A DNA stretch of 64,000 nt from an uncultured Acidobacteriota bacterium (GCA_963809485.1 CAWEJX010000006.1:256001-320000); one strand, 5' to 3'; positions 34,476 through 45,143 are shown, counted from the first letter of the stretch. Program-made: numbers and translations. The notes: generated by a model from the letters alone, not told the origin.

Positions 34476-34804
34476 ATGGCACACGCGCTTTTCAGAGTTT
34501 TCCTGCACATAATCGCCTCCCCATTCGTGGCGACGCGGTTTTTTTCGCCCTGCGCTACTGGGGGATGCGCAACCGCAAAGTTGGCATCTTCATTTCGGGA
34601 CGGCGTACGCACCTTATAACCTTGTCGGCTCTGGTCACGCTCTTTTTGATGACGTTGCGGGAGCCGATCGACGCGGCCTTCGGCTGGCAGGTCTGGTGGA
34701 AGGGCCCGATCGACCAGGTTTCCTGGATCGTCGGGACGGGCCTGTGGGCCTGGGGCGCCTGCCGGATGCTGGCGACCAGGGAGGACCTATGGGATCGGCT
34801 GTGA
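34476..34804 (+). pseudogene. Phage-like membrane protein, frameshifted
   Basis: Hydrophobic segments across two frames; SD GGAGG. Confidence 0.45.
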
Positions 34805-35148
34805 AGCTCTGGGTCGCCTACATCGTCGGCGCCCTCGGGAGTCTGGCGTGGAAGTACGGGCGCTATATCCGCGCCGCGAAGAGGGCCGGGGTCCCCGTCA
34901 GGACGGCGACCGCCGAATGGTTCTTCGAGGCCAGCGCCGAGAACGCCTTCTCCTGGGTCACCACGGTCGGCTTCGTCTGGTGCGTCGGCGTCATGTACAT
35001 CGATCGGCTGGACCTTTTCTTGACGGGTTGGCTGGGAAAGGTCCCGCCGCATCCGGCCTTCGCCCTGTTCCTGGGCTCGATCAATGAGTTCATCGCCCCC
35101 AATGCGGTCAAATGGGTCGTGAACAAAATCGGCGGAGGACAGGCATGA
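34789..35148 (+). CDS. Putative holin-like membrane protein
   Basis: 119 aa, about three TM segments, within a tightly coupled gene run near the endolysin. Confidence 0.5.
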   Translation: MGSAVKLWVAYIVGALGSLAWKYGRYIRAAKRAGVPVRTATAEWFFEASAENAFSWVTTVGFVWCVGVMYIDRLDLFLTGWLGKVPPHPAFALFLGSINEFIAPNAVKWVVNKIGGGQA

Positions 35149-35549
35149 CGGCTTTTCTTCTGCACCTCTGGAAAAACGCTTTCGTCAGGAAGGCGCTTGT
35201 CTATGTCGCTATTTCGCTTGCCTTTCTTTATGCGTTTAGGATCTGGCTTAACAAGCATGACGATCAGGTTTACCGGCAGGGCAAAATCGCCGCTTCGGCG
35301 GAAATCCAAAGACAGAAAGAAGCCGAGTGGAAAGCCCGGGAAGCCGAGCTTGAAACCCGGGCGCGCGGGCTCGAGGAAGCCCGGGCGCGGATCGAAATCG
35401 ACAGGTTGAATCTCCACAGGAGTCTGGACAATGCGCTCAATTCCCTATCCGCGGCGAAGAACCGCGATTTCACGGCTGCTGCCGCTGTTCCTGCTGATCG
35501 GCTCGACGACGCTCTTCGCGCAGTCTCCCGGGAGCTCGCCCCTAAATAG
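35145..35549 (+). CDS. Putative i-spanin-like protein
   Basis: N-terminal TM followed by a coiled coil; ATGA coupling. Confidence 0.5.
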   Translation: MTAFLLHLWKNAFVRKALVYVAISLAFLYAFRIWLNKHDDQVYRQGKIAASAEIQRQKEAEWKAREAELETRARGLEEARARIEIDRLNLHRSLDNALNSLSAAKNRDFTAAAAVPADRLDDALRAVSRELAPK

Positions 35550-35829
35550 CGAGGAGAAGCGGCAGATCCTCGTGCAGCTGCTCTAACTGAAATCCTGCAG
35601 GGCCGAGGTCTCCGCCTACGGGGACCACATCCGGAGGGAGAGGCAGCTTGCCGATCGCGCGCTGGGACTCGAGCGGCAGGCGACGGCGCTGGCCGGGAAG
35701 GAGCGCGACCTGGCGCTGGAGAAAGCCGCCATGTACGAGCAGCTCTACAATTCCGTCAAACCCAGGAAAACCACCTTCGGCTGCGTCCTGAAGACGATCT
35801 TCAGCGCGGGCCTCTACCGCTGCAAATGA
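35431..35829 (+). pseudogene. Overlapping signal-peptide/coiled-coil ORF in the Rz1-like position, with internal TAA
   Basis: MRSIPYPRRRTAISRLLPLFLLIG...QLL*LKSC...; TAA at 35584; no lipobox seen. Confidence 0.45.
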
Positions 35830-36389
35830 AACCCGTCCTGACGATATGCTGGTTCCTGCTGTGGGCTCTCACGTTGCAGGCGGCCGACGTGTCCCTGTCG
35901 TGGGACCCGAGCGTCTCGCCGGGCGTCACCAAGGACAGGATCTATCGCGGCAATTCCTCGCGCTCCTATTCCGCCTACGACCACCTGGGCAACGTGACGA
36001 CTCATACCGTCATCGGCCTGGCGCCCGGGACCTGGTACTTCGCGGCGACGGCCCTGGATGCTGACGGCAACGAATCGGGCTATTCGAACGAGGTTCAGGC
36101 GACCATAGCCGATGAGTTCCGGATCACGAGCATGTCGGCGTCGATGCGGTGGTTCGGCGTCGTGCTGCTCTGCACGACTTCGGGCAACGCGAGCGCCATC
36201 CTGAGATACATGGATCTGCAGACGGGCGAGAAGCAGACGGTTATGGCGACGCCGACGGCCGCCAGGGCGCAGCACCGGGCCGTGCTTTACCTCACGATGG
36301 GGCGGACCAACTACCACAAATACGAATGGACCGTGACGAACGCGGCCGGGGCAGTGGCCGTCATGGAAGGCACTTTCCAGACAAAATGA
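35826..36389 (+). CDS. Secreted fibronectin type III domain protein
   Basis: VSLSWDPS, GLAPGTWYFAATA, ESGYSNEV. Confidence 0.8.
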   Translation: MKPVLTICWFLLWALTLQAADVSLSWDPSVSPGVTKDRIYRGNSSRSYSAYDHLGNVTTHTVIGLAPGTWYFAATALDADGNESGYSNEVQATIADEFRITSMSASMRWFGVVLLCTTSGNASAILRYMDLQTGEKQTVMATPTAARAQHRAVLYLTMGRTNYHKYEWTVTNAAGAVAVMEGTFQTK

Positions 36390-36520
36390 CTCTTGAGCTT
36401 GAAATAAAGGCCACGGAGGGCGACGCCTGGTTTTTCCTGCTTGCCGTCGATCCGCGCCGCGGCCGGATAAAATTCACCAATGCAGCATTCAGCGACCGCA
36501 CGGCCGTCAAAGGAGACATC

Positions 36521-36844
36521 ATGGCATTGATTCTAACGAACAGCCAGGAATTGGATCTCGCGGTCCAGCCCCTGGACAAGCGCGGCAAGCCCGCGCAGGT
36601 GGACGGCACCCCCGTATGGTCCTCGTCCGACATGGCGAAAGCCACCGTGGCGCCCGCGGCCGACGGGTTGTCGTGCGTCGCCAAGGCACTCGACAACGGG
36701 ACCGTGCAGATCAGCGTGAGCGCCGACGCCGATCTCGGCGACGGGATCCGCGCGCTTACCTGCACGCTCGACCTCGAGATCGTGAGTGGAGAGGCAGTGA
36801 GGCTCGGCATTATCGCCGGGACGCCGCGCGAGCAGGCGCTCTAG
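36521..36844 (+). CDS. Phage-like Ig-fold hypothetical protein
   Basis: SD AGGAG; PVWSSSD, SADADLG. Confidence 0.6.
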   Translation: MALILTNSQELDLAVQPLDKRGKPAQVDGTPVWSSSDMAKATVAPAADGLSCVAKALDNGTVQISVSADADLGDGIRALTCTLDLEIVSGEAVRLGIIAGTPREQAL

Positions 36845-37263
36845 AGCCCCGCTGATTGTATAATCGCGGATCGATGAACGGACGCCTGCACAACTGACAA
36901 GGCCGACCAGCCGACGAACATCCTCAACACCACCGTGCAACTGGCCGTGAAAGCCTGAAAAGGTAGTTTCCCACAAGCCCGTTTATCGTTCCTTACAATG
37001 AATCGCTGATAATAAAACATTGAAGTGCAGCAACTTGCAGCCCCTTCATCTGCACGATCTCTATTGCTCTGCGTTATCAAATTTCGTTAGAATACCACCA
37101 TCTTCTGAACTGCTTTCCATTGCATTACACCGGCTGTCGACGTAGGGGAGGTTTCCTAATGATCGGCAAAACCCTCATGTGTCACATCCATCGCATGAAT
37201 AAATGCTCCTCATCGGGGCAGCCGAACAATTGCCATATGACAGGCCAATTGAGGGGGTATTCG

Positions 37264-38106
37264 ATGATAGAGGGAACAATTACCCGTCGTAGCGTCTTGT
37301 CCCTGTTGTGCTTATCTCCATTTCTCTATGCCCAGACGTTCGATAAGGAGCGAGTATGGCAGGACTTTCTTGACTGGCTGAAGAATGGATCGATAAGCAA
37401 CACTTCCAATTGCTCTAGCGTTCTTAAGGAATATCAAAACAAGCTCGCCGCTGACGGTGTCTCAACGATACAGATTGATTCGCGCATGTCTGTGATTAAT
37501 CAATTCTATCTATCCCGAAAGGAAGGAATGGCTCTTTTTTTTGATAGAGTCTACACAACCAGGGAAGACTTTTTTAGCCAAAAGCCCAATCTGTTTTTGG
37601 CGCAGGCAATACAAGGCATTAAACCAGGAACTGCGCTTGATGTATCCATGGGTCAAGGGCGCAATTCAATATACCTTGCCCAACAGGGATGGGAGGTTAC
37701 AGGATTTGACGTTGCAGATGAAGGTCTCTCAATAGCTCGCCGCAATGCGAAGAAGGCGGGCTTGACAATCCAGGCAATTCAATCAGGCTATCAGGAGTTT
37801 GGTTTTGGGAAGAGCCGGTGGGATCTTGTCGCCATGATCTATGCTTTTTTCCCCATTCGCGGTGCGAGCTACATCAGGAAGCTCATAGATTCGATAAAAC
37901 CAGGTGGAGTGATTATTTTTGAGCACTTTTTATCTCCGGATCCGAACGAAGCGGCAGGCATGATAGGCATACCGGCACAGAATGAGTTGCTTAAAATCTT
38001 CTCCGACTTTCATGTGACCCGATTCGAAGAAGTCACAGAAATCGCCGACTGGGGTGCATCGGGCAAACCGGCATCAATTGTGCGCCTATTAGCAAGAAAG
38101 CGCTGA
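37264..38106 (+). CDS. Class I SAM-dependent methyltransferase (TehB-like) with an RR-type leader
   Basis: ALDVSMGQGRNSIYLA, VTGFD, KPGG. Confidence 0.85.
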   Translation: MIEGTITRRSVLSLLCLSPFLYAQTFDKERVWQDFLDWLKNGSISNTSNCSSVLKEYQNKLAADGVSTIQIDSRMSVINQFYLSRKEGMALFFDRVYTTREDFFSQKPNLFLAQAIQGIKPGTALDVSMGQGRNSIYLAQQGWEVTGFDVADEGLSIARRNAKKAGLTIQAIQSGYQEFGFGKSRWDLVAMIYAFFPIRGASYIRKLIDSIKPGGVIIFEHFLSPDPNEAAGMIGIPAQNELLKIFSDFHVTRFEEVTEIADWGASGKPASIVRLLARKR

Positions 38107-38267
38107 TAGTTATCGAAATCAAGCCTTATCACAAGGAATCCCGGCGAGAGTGCCCTCTTGATGATTCCGAGCCATAAGTCCCGTTCGCGGAAGTATTCCG
38201 CAGAAACGCGGATGATTTCCAGGTCGGCGGCATCATCTTCATTTTGGCATCTCGACGGTTTTTGGCG

Positions 38268-38606
38268 TCAGGCCGATGCTCGAACTACTAGCTCGACTAA
38301 TACACCAAAGGCAAACATTGCCGCGATGCCGCCTATGAGCAGGGGCAGCACCATCAGAATCGACTGCTCACCTTTCCTTTTGATCGCAACTGTCGCCACA
38401 ACTGCAGCTGCGAGAGCTGACCCGCCTGCTGACGCAAGAGTGCATCCCAAGATAACGTCGTTTCTCGTCATCGACAGCATGACGAATAGCAGAATCATCA
38501 GGGCGACAAAACCGCCAACCAGCCCCAGCGACCAATTGCCGAGAGAGGTACTCGGCCGACCCCATCGCCGGGGAAACGTTGCGAAATTGCGGAGATCGTC
38601 CGTCAT
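38268..38606 (-). CDS. Small membrane protein
   Basis: Three hydrophobic segments; SD GGAGG. Confidence 0.6.
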   Translation of the reverse strand: MTDDLRNFATFPRRWGRPSTSLGNWSLGLVGGFVALMILLFVMLSMTRNDVILGCTLASAGGSALAAAVVATVAIKRKGEQSILMVLPLLIGGIAAMFAFGVLVELVVRASA

Positions 38607-38959
38607 AACGCACCTCCGATGTTTATGAATCGAGTTGGTGAGGCTATGTAGGATGATAGCTGGTCGAACAACAATCTTACATCTAAAAGTGGTGAGCAGT
38701 GCTCAGTTTTGCCAATGGAAGCATCCTTGGGGGGCGCGGTTCAGAACAGTTCCGAGCCATAAGTCCCGTTCCGTTACCTAACCCGACTCGGATCCGCAGA
38801 ACATGCCCAGAAGTCGTAGAACGTAACGCTGCTGACTTTTCAGATTCCGCTCTAGCATGCTGACTGGATAATCCTGCTGGCAGACAGGAAGGGCGGCTTA
38901 GCTGATGGAAAGGTGTTCGCCGGGGTGCTGGATCATCCGGTTGCCGGGTTCCGTCGTGA

Positions 38960-39808
38960 TCATTGGACCGGAATACGGCCAAGAAACGTCATCATCTCCC
39001 TCAGCACAGGCGTCTGACCCTGCTCCTGCAAGTGCAGGAGATGGCCGACACCGCTGATCTGGGCACAATCCACGTAGCTGTAGTTTTGTTTCAGCCAGGC
39101 GATCTCTTCATCCGTCATGACAGCGCCCAGCCTGGCTTCACCCCGAATGAACAAAATGGGACAATGCAGCTCCGCCAGTATCTGTTTCGGGTCGTACCCC
39201 ATGATAAAAGCATCGACATCGTAAAGCAGCTTATCGAAGAAAGTCGGATCAAGCCGCCAGAGGCATCCGGCAAAAAACTGAATCCATGGGCCGGTCACAC
39301 CGGGATAGTTCCGATAGTTGTCCGCCAGGGCCAAGGCCAGTTCTGTTTCAGATTGCGCTGAGCCCTTAAGGTATAACCAAAGACGGTACATCTCCCGGCC
39401 TGAGACGATTATTTTCCTATAGGTGTCCAAGTCCACAGGCGAATCCTCGATGATAAGGGCCTTCACCTTTTCCGGACATCGCGCGGCTACCATGAGCGCG
39501 ATCACGCCACCGACGGAGTGTCCTACAAGAACCGCTCGCGGATTCAGCCGTCTCACGAACTGGACGTTATCTTCGACAAAGTCTTCCAGCCGATATTGTC
39601 CCTCAACCCAGCCTGAAGCGCCATTTCCCCTTAAATCCAACGCATATGTGCGCCACCTTTGAGACAGGCTCGGAATAAGGGAAATATACTCCTGCCAGCA
39701 CCAGGCACCGCCGTGAAGCATGACTAAAGGCTCATTAGTTGACGGAGAGCCATGATCCAGATAGTTTAATTTTACCGTACCTGTGTCGAAGCTCGCTTCC
39801 AATGTCAT
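38960..39808 (-). CDS. Alpha/beta hydrolase
   Basis: LHGG, DLRGNG, GHSVGG, GHLLH. Confidence 0.9.
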   Translation of the reverse strand: MTLEASFDTGTVKLNYLDHGSPSTNEPLVMLHGGAWCWQEYISLIPSLSQRWRTYALDLRGNGASGWVEGQYRLEDFVEDNVQFVRRLNPRAVLVGHSVGGVIALMVAARCPEKVKALIIEDSPVDLDTYRKIIVSGREMYRLWLYLKGSAQSETELALALADNYRNYPGVTGPWIQFFAGCLWRLDPTFFDKLLYDVDAFIMGYDPKQILAELHCPILFIRGEARLGAVMTDEEIAWLKQNYSYVDCAQISGVGHLLHLQEQGQTPVLREMMTFLGRIPVQ

Positions 39809-40647
39809 ATTCCACCCTGTAAATTTGTGTTCCGAAGTGCGCAGCGCTCCTAACGAAGAGCTAGGTCATGAGGGTATCACAGCTATACGGAGGGAGTCTG
39901 CTCGATAGTGTCCTCCGCGTAAACGGCTAATTGGCCTCGGACAAACGACGGGCCAAGAAGCACCGGTTTTTAGCTGCGAACGGACCGATCTGAGGGTGCG
40001 GCTATTCCGTCGCCAGCTCCGCGGATCGACCACGCTGTCCATAAGTCCTAGGTTTTATCGGAAGCGCACTCACGGCACAAAATAACCTAGCTCCAGCCAC
40101 GATTCGCGTGCGCTTTCGATAAAACGACTTGAAGTCCGGATGTGGGGAATTGCGCCAATTTGTATAAGGCCTGTTGAATCGCGGAAACTCCTAAAAATCC
40201 GGCGGATCTCTTGTGAGTTTTAAGCCAGCTTCGGCTCAGCGGTTGATCGGCAAAGCGCTACTGAACCTGGCGACGCAGATCATGCGCTCGAAGCTCCCGG
40301 CGGAGAAGGCCGACCTGCCGGCCAACTTCCTCAACACCGCCGTCCAGCTCGCCGTCAACGTGATCAAGGCTTAAAAGCAAATCCAGTAACATAAGAATTC
40401 AGGATCAACATAAAAATGTGCAAGCCAGCACTGGGCTAGAGTTCATAACAGCCTTTCTGAACTGAACTGTCCCGGGGTTTGGGTCAGTAAGGATATACGG
40501 CTGAGTCTCTTCCCAATGCCGCTTCAATTTGGACAAGCCTGGACTGAAATCCGGATCCGCCAAAATAACCCTTGGCGCCGAGATTTGCATGAGGCCTATC
40601 CCGATACTCCAGGCAGTTGAATAATGGAGGCTTTTTGATCCGCCAGC

Positions 40648-41137
40648 TCATTCGGCTGCGAAGAAGAAGATGCCGTCAAGACTCACCGTCCGCGTGTCGG
40701 GAGTACGGTCGCGGTTCCAAAGCTCCACATTGCCACCGCGCCGGATCATGACTACGGCCATGCCGAAACCCGACGACTGCAGGAACTCCAGATCGTTCTC
40801 CGGCCTGTATCCTTGCGGAAGCGTGCCGAAAACATCGAAGCGGTTCAGATCGTTCCGTTTGTGCACACTTCCGCGCAGATATACGATCCCCTCTTGCTTC
40901 ATATATTGAACCGGCTGTACGTTCGGATAGCTTCCGGCATCGCGCTGGTTGATGAATCCCTCCGCGAACGGAAATGACCTCCAGGTCGGCATCGGCTTTA
41001 CGGCAACCTCCCGTTGCGGGTTTGCGGCGCGTATGCCCTGCCTGGGACGAGGCGTTCTCCAGTGAAAGCATCGCGGTCGCGCACATGGCAAAAGCCGCCG
41101 TGATGCATATCATTACCCTTGAGTTGGGCACTTTCAT
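40648..41137 (-). pseudogene. Secreted protein with a tail-fibre-like C-terminal domain, frameshifted
   Basis: Signal peptide in one frame; IVYLRGSV...FGTLPQGYRP in the next; SD AGGAGG. Confidence 0.55.
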
Positions 41138-41274
41138 TGCGATCCTCCTGTGAACGGCGAATTGACGAAGCGGCCGGGCGGAACAAGCTGCATATCGCTT
41201 TGGAAACCGGCACAGCCAATTTCTAATGATTTCAATTTATGTCAGCCACCGGCCGCCCTGCACACGTCTCGATT

Positions 41275-41496
41275 TTAATGAATGGCGCGCCTCAGCCCAT
41301 AACCGTAAAAATGCCGGTTGGCTTCATGCCTCATCGTGGGCTGCTTTCCATACGGCCCGTCGATTACCCATCCTTCCCATGTCAAATCCGAAAGGGCCGA
41401 CTGCCGATCCGCCCACTTCCGATCGCAATCATGGGAATTGCCTGTAACCAAATGCCAGTACCCCCCATAAAAATCGAGCCACGCGTATTGGCACAC
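41275..41496 (-). CDS. Hypothetical 73-aa aromatic-rich protein
   Basis: SD GGAGG before GTG. Confidence 0.5.
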   Translation of the reverse strand: MCQYAWLDFYGGYWHLVTGNSHDCDRKWADRQSALSDLTWEGWVIDGPYGKQPTMRHEANRHFYGYGLRRAIH

Positions 41497-41514
41497 TGGA
41501 TCCTCCGAATGGAT

Positions 41515-42396
41515 CTACTTCTCCTGCTTCGCTAGCCGCCCCATGATCTGCTCCACTGCTGCCAATCGAGCATCAAGCGCCCCGTTCTGAGCCTGAAGCG
41601 CTGCAATCATAGAATCCTTCTGTTCAAGCACTGCCTTTTGGTCATCAATAGCTTTTGCCTGTTGCACGGTATAAAGGGTCAGCTCCTCGATCTTCTGCAG
41701 GAGCTTCATCTGAAATTCACTCATGTTCAGTCCCTTGTCCTTGATCTCTGCGGCGGCAGGGATATTGGGCAGGTGTTTCTCTCTGTCGATGAACTTTTCC
41801 AGCTCGTCAATACCCATCAGCCTGTAGCCCGGATCAAAGACGTAATCCGGCACAGGTGCCCCGGAGTCCGTCCAGATGAGATTCCCGTCGATCCGGACAT
41901 TCCCGACGACGTGGAGACGTTCCAGTGGTGCAGTCGTATTGATGCCGACGTTGCCCGTATTCAGGATGGACACTCTTTCGGTTGCTATATCACGGTCCAG
42001 GAATGCGAAGCGGCCGTTCTGGCTGGTGTCGCTGGCGATGAAGGCCATCGTGCCGTACTCGATTGCAGCGCTGCCCACTACTCTACAGAATTGCACTTTG
42101 CCAAGATAGTCGCCCGCCTGGATGTTTGCTGGCGCCAGCTGGGTTCCCCGGGACCGCTCGAGCAGAAATATCGGGGCGAAGGTTCGCGTGAAAGGATCGG
42201 TAGTGCCATAATATCGCCTTAACCTTCCTACGGCCTGAGTTCCTTCAACCGTCAGTTGCCGGTCTGGATTTGTGACCCGATTCCGACGTTGGTTTCAGCT
42301 TCGGCGCCGTTGATGCCGTTGACGCCTCCAAGGACGAGGCTGTTGCTTCGAGTGACTATTGCCTGATGGCCGATTGCTGCAGCATTAGTAATTCGC
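41515..42396 (-). pseudogene. C-terminal part of a fibre-like protein with an S74-type chaperone region; 5' end lost at IS200
   Basis: GNVGINT, PDYVF, HLPNIP, LLQKIEELTLY; inverted homolog of 44280-45143. Confidence 0.8.
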
Positions 42397-42400
42397 ATTA

Positions 42401-42943
42401 GGGTAAACCGCCGCCTCTGGCGGCGCGACTCGAAAAGGCTCTGCCGTTACGGCGTGCAAATATGAGACGGTCTCCCCACGTGAACAGTCAGGTTCACGAG
42501 AAAGGAGACCGTCATGAGAGAGTGGCAGAGCCTCTCACATGTGAGATGGTACTGCAGGTACCACGTAATATTGGTACCAAAATAGCGCAAGCGGGCGATC
42601 TTCGGATCGCTGCGGAAATCGATCGGTGGGATATTGAGGAAGTTGTGCGAGCGGGAAGGGGTTGAGCTGGTTGAAGGGCATGCGCTCCCCGACCATGTGC
42701 ATCTATGTTTGAGCATTCCGCCGAAGTTCAGCGTGGCAAATACGATCGGCTTCTTGAAAGGGAAGTCGGCGATCCGAATCCATCGAGAATTCTTGGCAAA
42801 GGAAAGAAACTTCACTGGCTACCACTTCTGGGCGCGAGGATACTGTGCAAGCACGGTGGGGCTGGATGAACAGACGATCCGAGACTACATTCGCGATCAG
42901 GAAGAGGAGGAGAAGCGGCAAGAGCAGTTATCGTTTGGGGGGC
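42401..42943 (+). mobile_element. tnpA: IS200/IS605-family element; tnpA pseudogene (ATG 42514, TAG 42583); right end deleted
   Basis: Left-end hairpin CCGCCGCCTCTGGCGGCG; YHVILVPK*RK, PDHVHL, FWARGY, YIRDQ. Confidence 0.88.
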
Positions 42944-43606
42944 TATCGCCCCGAGTTTCCGAAGATCCGGGTCAGCAATACCCGCAAGGGCTTTTTCGAA
43001 GAGCCTGACTTTCGCGTTCTTTTGGAAAAATTGAATCCGTGGGTGCAGCCTCCGGTCCAGTTCGCATAGCTCACGGGGTGGCGCCTGAGGAGCGAGGTGT
43101 TGCCGCTTCAGTGGAGCCAGGTCGATTTCGAGGCGGGAGAAGTGCGCCTCGAGCCCGGGACCACCAAAAACGACGAGGGCCGGACGTTTCCTTTCGCCGT
43201 GCTGCCCGAACTGGAGCAGCTGCTCAGAACGCAGCGCGAGCGGACCAACGCGCTGCAAAAGGCAACCGGAAGGATTATCCCATGGGTGTTTCATCACAAC
43301 GGAGAGCGGATCGGGGAGTACCTGGGATCCTGGCGCAGCGCCATCACAAAGGCGGGGCTGGCCGGAAAGATCCCGCACGATCTCAGGCGCACCGCGGTCC
43401 GCAACCTCGAGCGCGCCTGCGTTCCGCGCTCCGTTGCGATGAAGCTGGTGGGGCACAAGACCGAGAGCATTTACCGGCGCTACGCCATCGTTGCGAAGCA
43501 GGACCTCGTCGACGGCCTTAAGCGCCTGGCCGATTACAGGGCAGGTCTTGCCAAGGCTCCGGCGGACCCGAAAGCCGTCTCGATCACGAGCGCAGGATTG
43601 CAGTAA
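42944..43606 (+). pseudogene. Tyrosine integrase catalytic domain; N-terminus deleted, internal TAG
   Basis: RKGFFE, FA*LTGWR, TTKN, PHDLRRTA, GHKTESIYRRY; adjacent to att. Confidence 0.9.
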
Positions 43607-43747
43607 GACGGTTGTGCTTGAATTGTACTTAAACTATCGGAAGGAACCGCGAAAATATCGATATCAGCGAGGAAGGACATAGGATCTAAGTCATTGATAA
43701 ACATAAGAATGGCCGCAATGGGCGTAAATGGCCATGGGGCTTAGAGC

Positions 43748-43801
43748 GGACTCAAAATCCCGCGGTACTTGGTACCATGGGGATTCGCCCCCCCTTCGGC
43801 A
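43748..43801 (+). repeat. tRNA-Leu 3' half, att copy 3 (degenerate T-arm)
   Basis: GGACTCAAAATCCCGCGGTACTTGGTACCATGGGGATTCGCCCCCCCTTCGGCA. Confidence 0.93.
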
Positions 43802-43906
43802 CTTTCTTTAAAGGACTTATCCAGATTTATTTGATAGAGTGAAAGGCAGCTATCCATGCTGCTTTGTCTAAACTTTGTCCAAATCCTTTGCTGGACGGAT
43901 GCCGAG

Positions 43907-45143
43907 ATGAAACACACTTGGCTTACGGTAATTGTCTTTATTGTGTTTGCGCTGGCATTAATCACATCCTTGGCGCAAGCAACTGAAATTCAAACTACCA
44001 ATTTAACTTCCTTCGGTTACACCGCCGGCACGGCCGGTGCCAACGTAGCCTTCTTCGGGGACCATGCCGGCGCGGGCAACTCGGGCAGCTATAACTCCTT
44101 CTTCGGAGGCTTTGCCGGCGTTCAAAACACCACGGGTTACGATAACTCCTTCTTCGGGAACTATGCCGGCACCGACACCACGGGCAGCTACAACACTTTT
44201 TTCGGAAGCTATGCCGGCCAATCCAATACCGTGGAAAACGGAAATTCCTTCATAGGTGCGTATTCCGACGGAACAGTTGGGATCTCGAATGCCACGGCAA
44301 TTGGCTATCTATCCATCGTCACTCGTAGCAACAGCCTCGTCCTCGGGAGCGTCAACGGACAGAATGGCGCTACGGCGGAAACCAATGTCGGGATCGGGGT
44401 AACCAATCCGGATCGCCAATTGACGGTTGAGGGGACTCAGGCGGCGGTAGGAAGGTTACGACGATATTATGGCACTGCGGATGCCTTCACACGCACGTTC
44501 GCTCCTACGTTTCTGCTTGAACGGTCCCGAGGGACTCAGGCGTCGCCGGCCAACATCTGGGCGGGCGATTATCTCGGCAAAGTGCAATTCCGGGGAGTAG
44601 TGGGCAGCACTGCCATCGAGTATGGCGCGATGGCCTTCATCGCCACCGACACCAGCCAGAACGGCCGTTTTTCATTTCTTGACCTGGATCTTTCAACTGA
44701 GAGAATGGTGATCCCTGAATACCGGCAACGTCGGCATCAACACGACTGCGCCACTGGAACGGCTCCACGTAGTTGGAAATGTGCGGATTGACGGGGACCT
44801 AATCTGGACGGATCCCGGGGCTGCCATGCCGGACTACGTCTTTGATCCTGACTATAAGCTAATGGGTATCGATGAACTGGGGAAATTCATCACAGGAGAG
44901 AAACACCTGCCAAATATCCCCGCAGCCGCCGAGATTAGAGACAAGGGGCTGAACATGGGCGATTTTCAGATGAAGCTGCTGGAAAAGATCGAGGAGCTGA
45001 CGCTTTATACAGTACAGCAGTCGAAAGCTATTGATGACCAGAAGGCATTGCTAGAACAAAAGGATGCAAGGATCGCGGAACTTGATGCGCGTATAGATGC
45101 CCTTGAGAAGATGATGGGGCGATTGGCAAAACTAGAGAAGTAG
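43907..45143 (+). pseudogene. Secreted fibre-like protein (NSFFG.AG repeats, S74-type chaperone, coiled coil); 1-nt insertion near 44714
   Basis: Signal peptide; an extra C in ATCCCTG separates ORFs 43856-44791 and 44781-45143. Confidence 0.8.

Larger units (their letters stand above)
22303..43801. mobile_element. Island unit 3: decayed prophage-like element with cargo
   Basis: att copies at both ends, paired TTGTRCTT repeats at both ends, integrase remnant, MTase, RadC and lysis-type genes. Confidence 0.8.

Noticed and set aside
24981-43069. In-frame TAG at conserved residues in the kinase (Trp), tnpA (Tyr) and integrase (Tyr), suggesting amber recoding
   Set aside because: TAG is a normal stop in rfaE2, folP and others. 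Each case is one substitution, the implied amino acids differ, and neighbouring genes are broken by TAA and indels.
27925-43606. Inducible prophage or active restriction-modification system
   Set aside because: No capsid, terminase, portal or endonuclease genes; the integrase, endolysin and MTase catalytic half are broken.
19115-43801. Additional tRNA genes
   Set aside because: The three copies lack the 5' acceptor strand and D-arm, so they are att remnants.
22383-45143. Frameshifts as systematic sequencing error
   Set aside because: The 12-kb core region has none and lesions cluster in island DNA. Individual homopolymer cases (12980, 44714) still need read checks.
41515-45143. Diversity-generating retroelement template/variable repeat pair
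   Set aside because: No reverse transcriptase in the window, and the differences are not adenine-specific.
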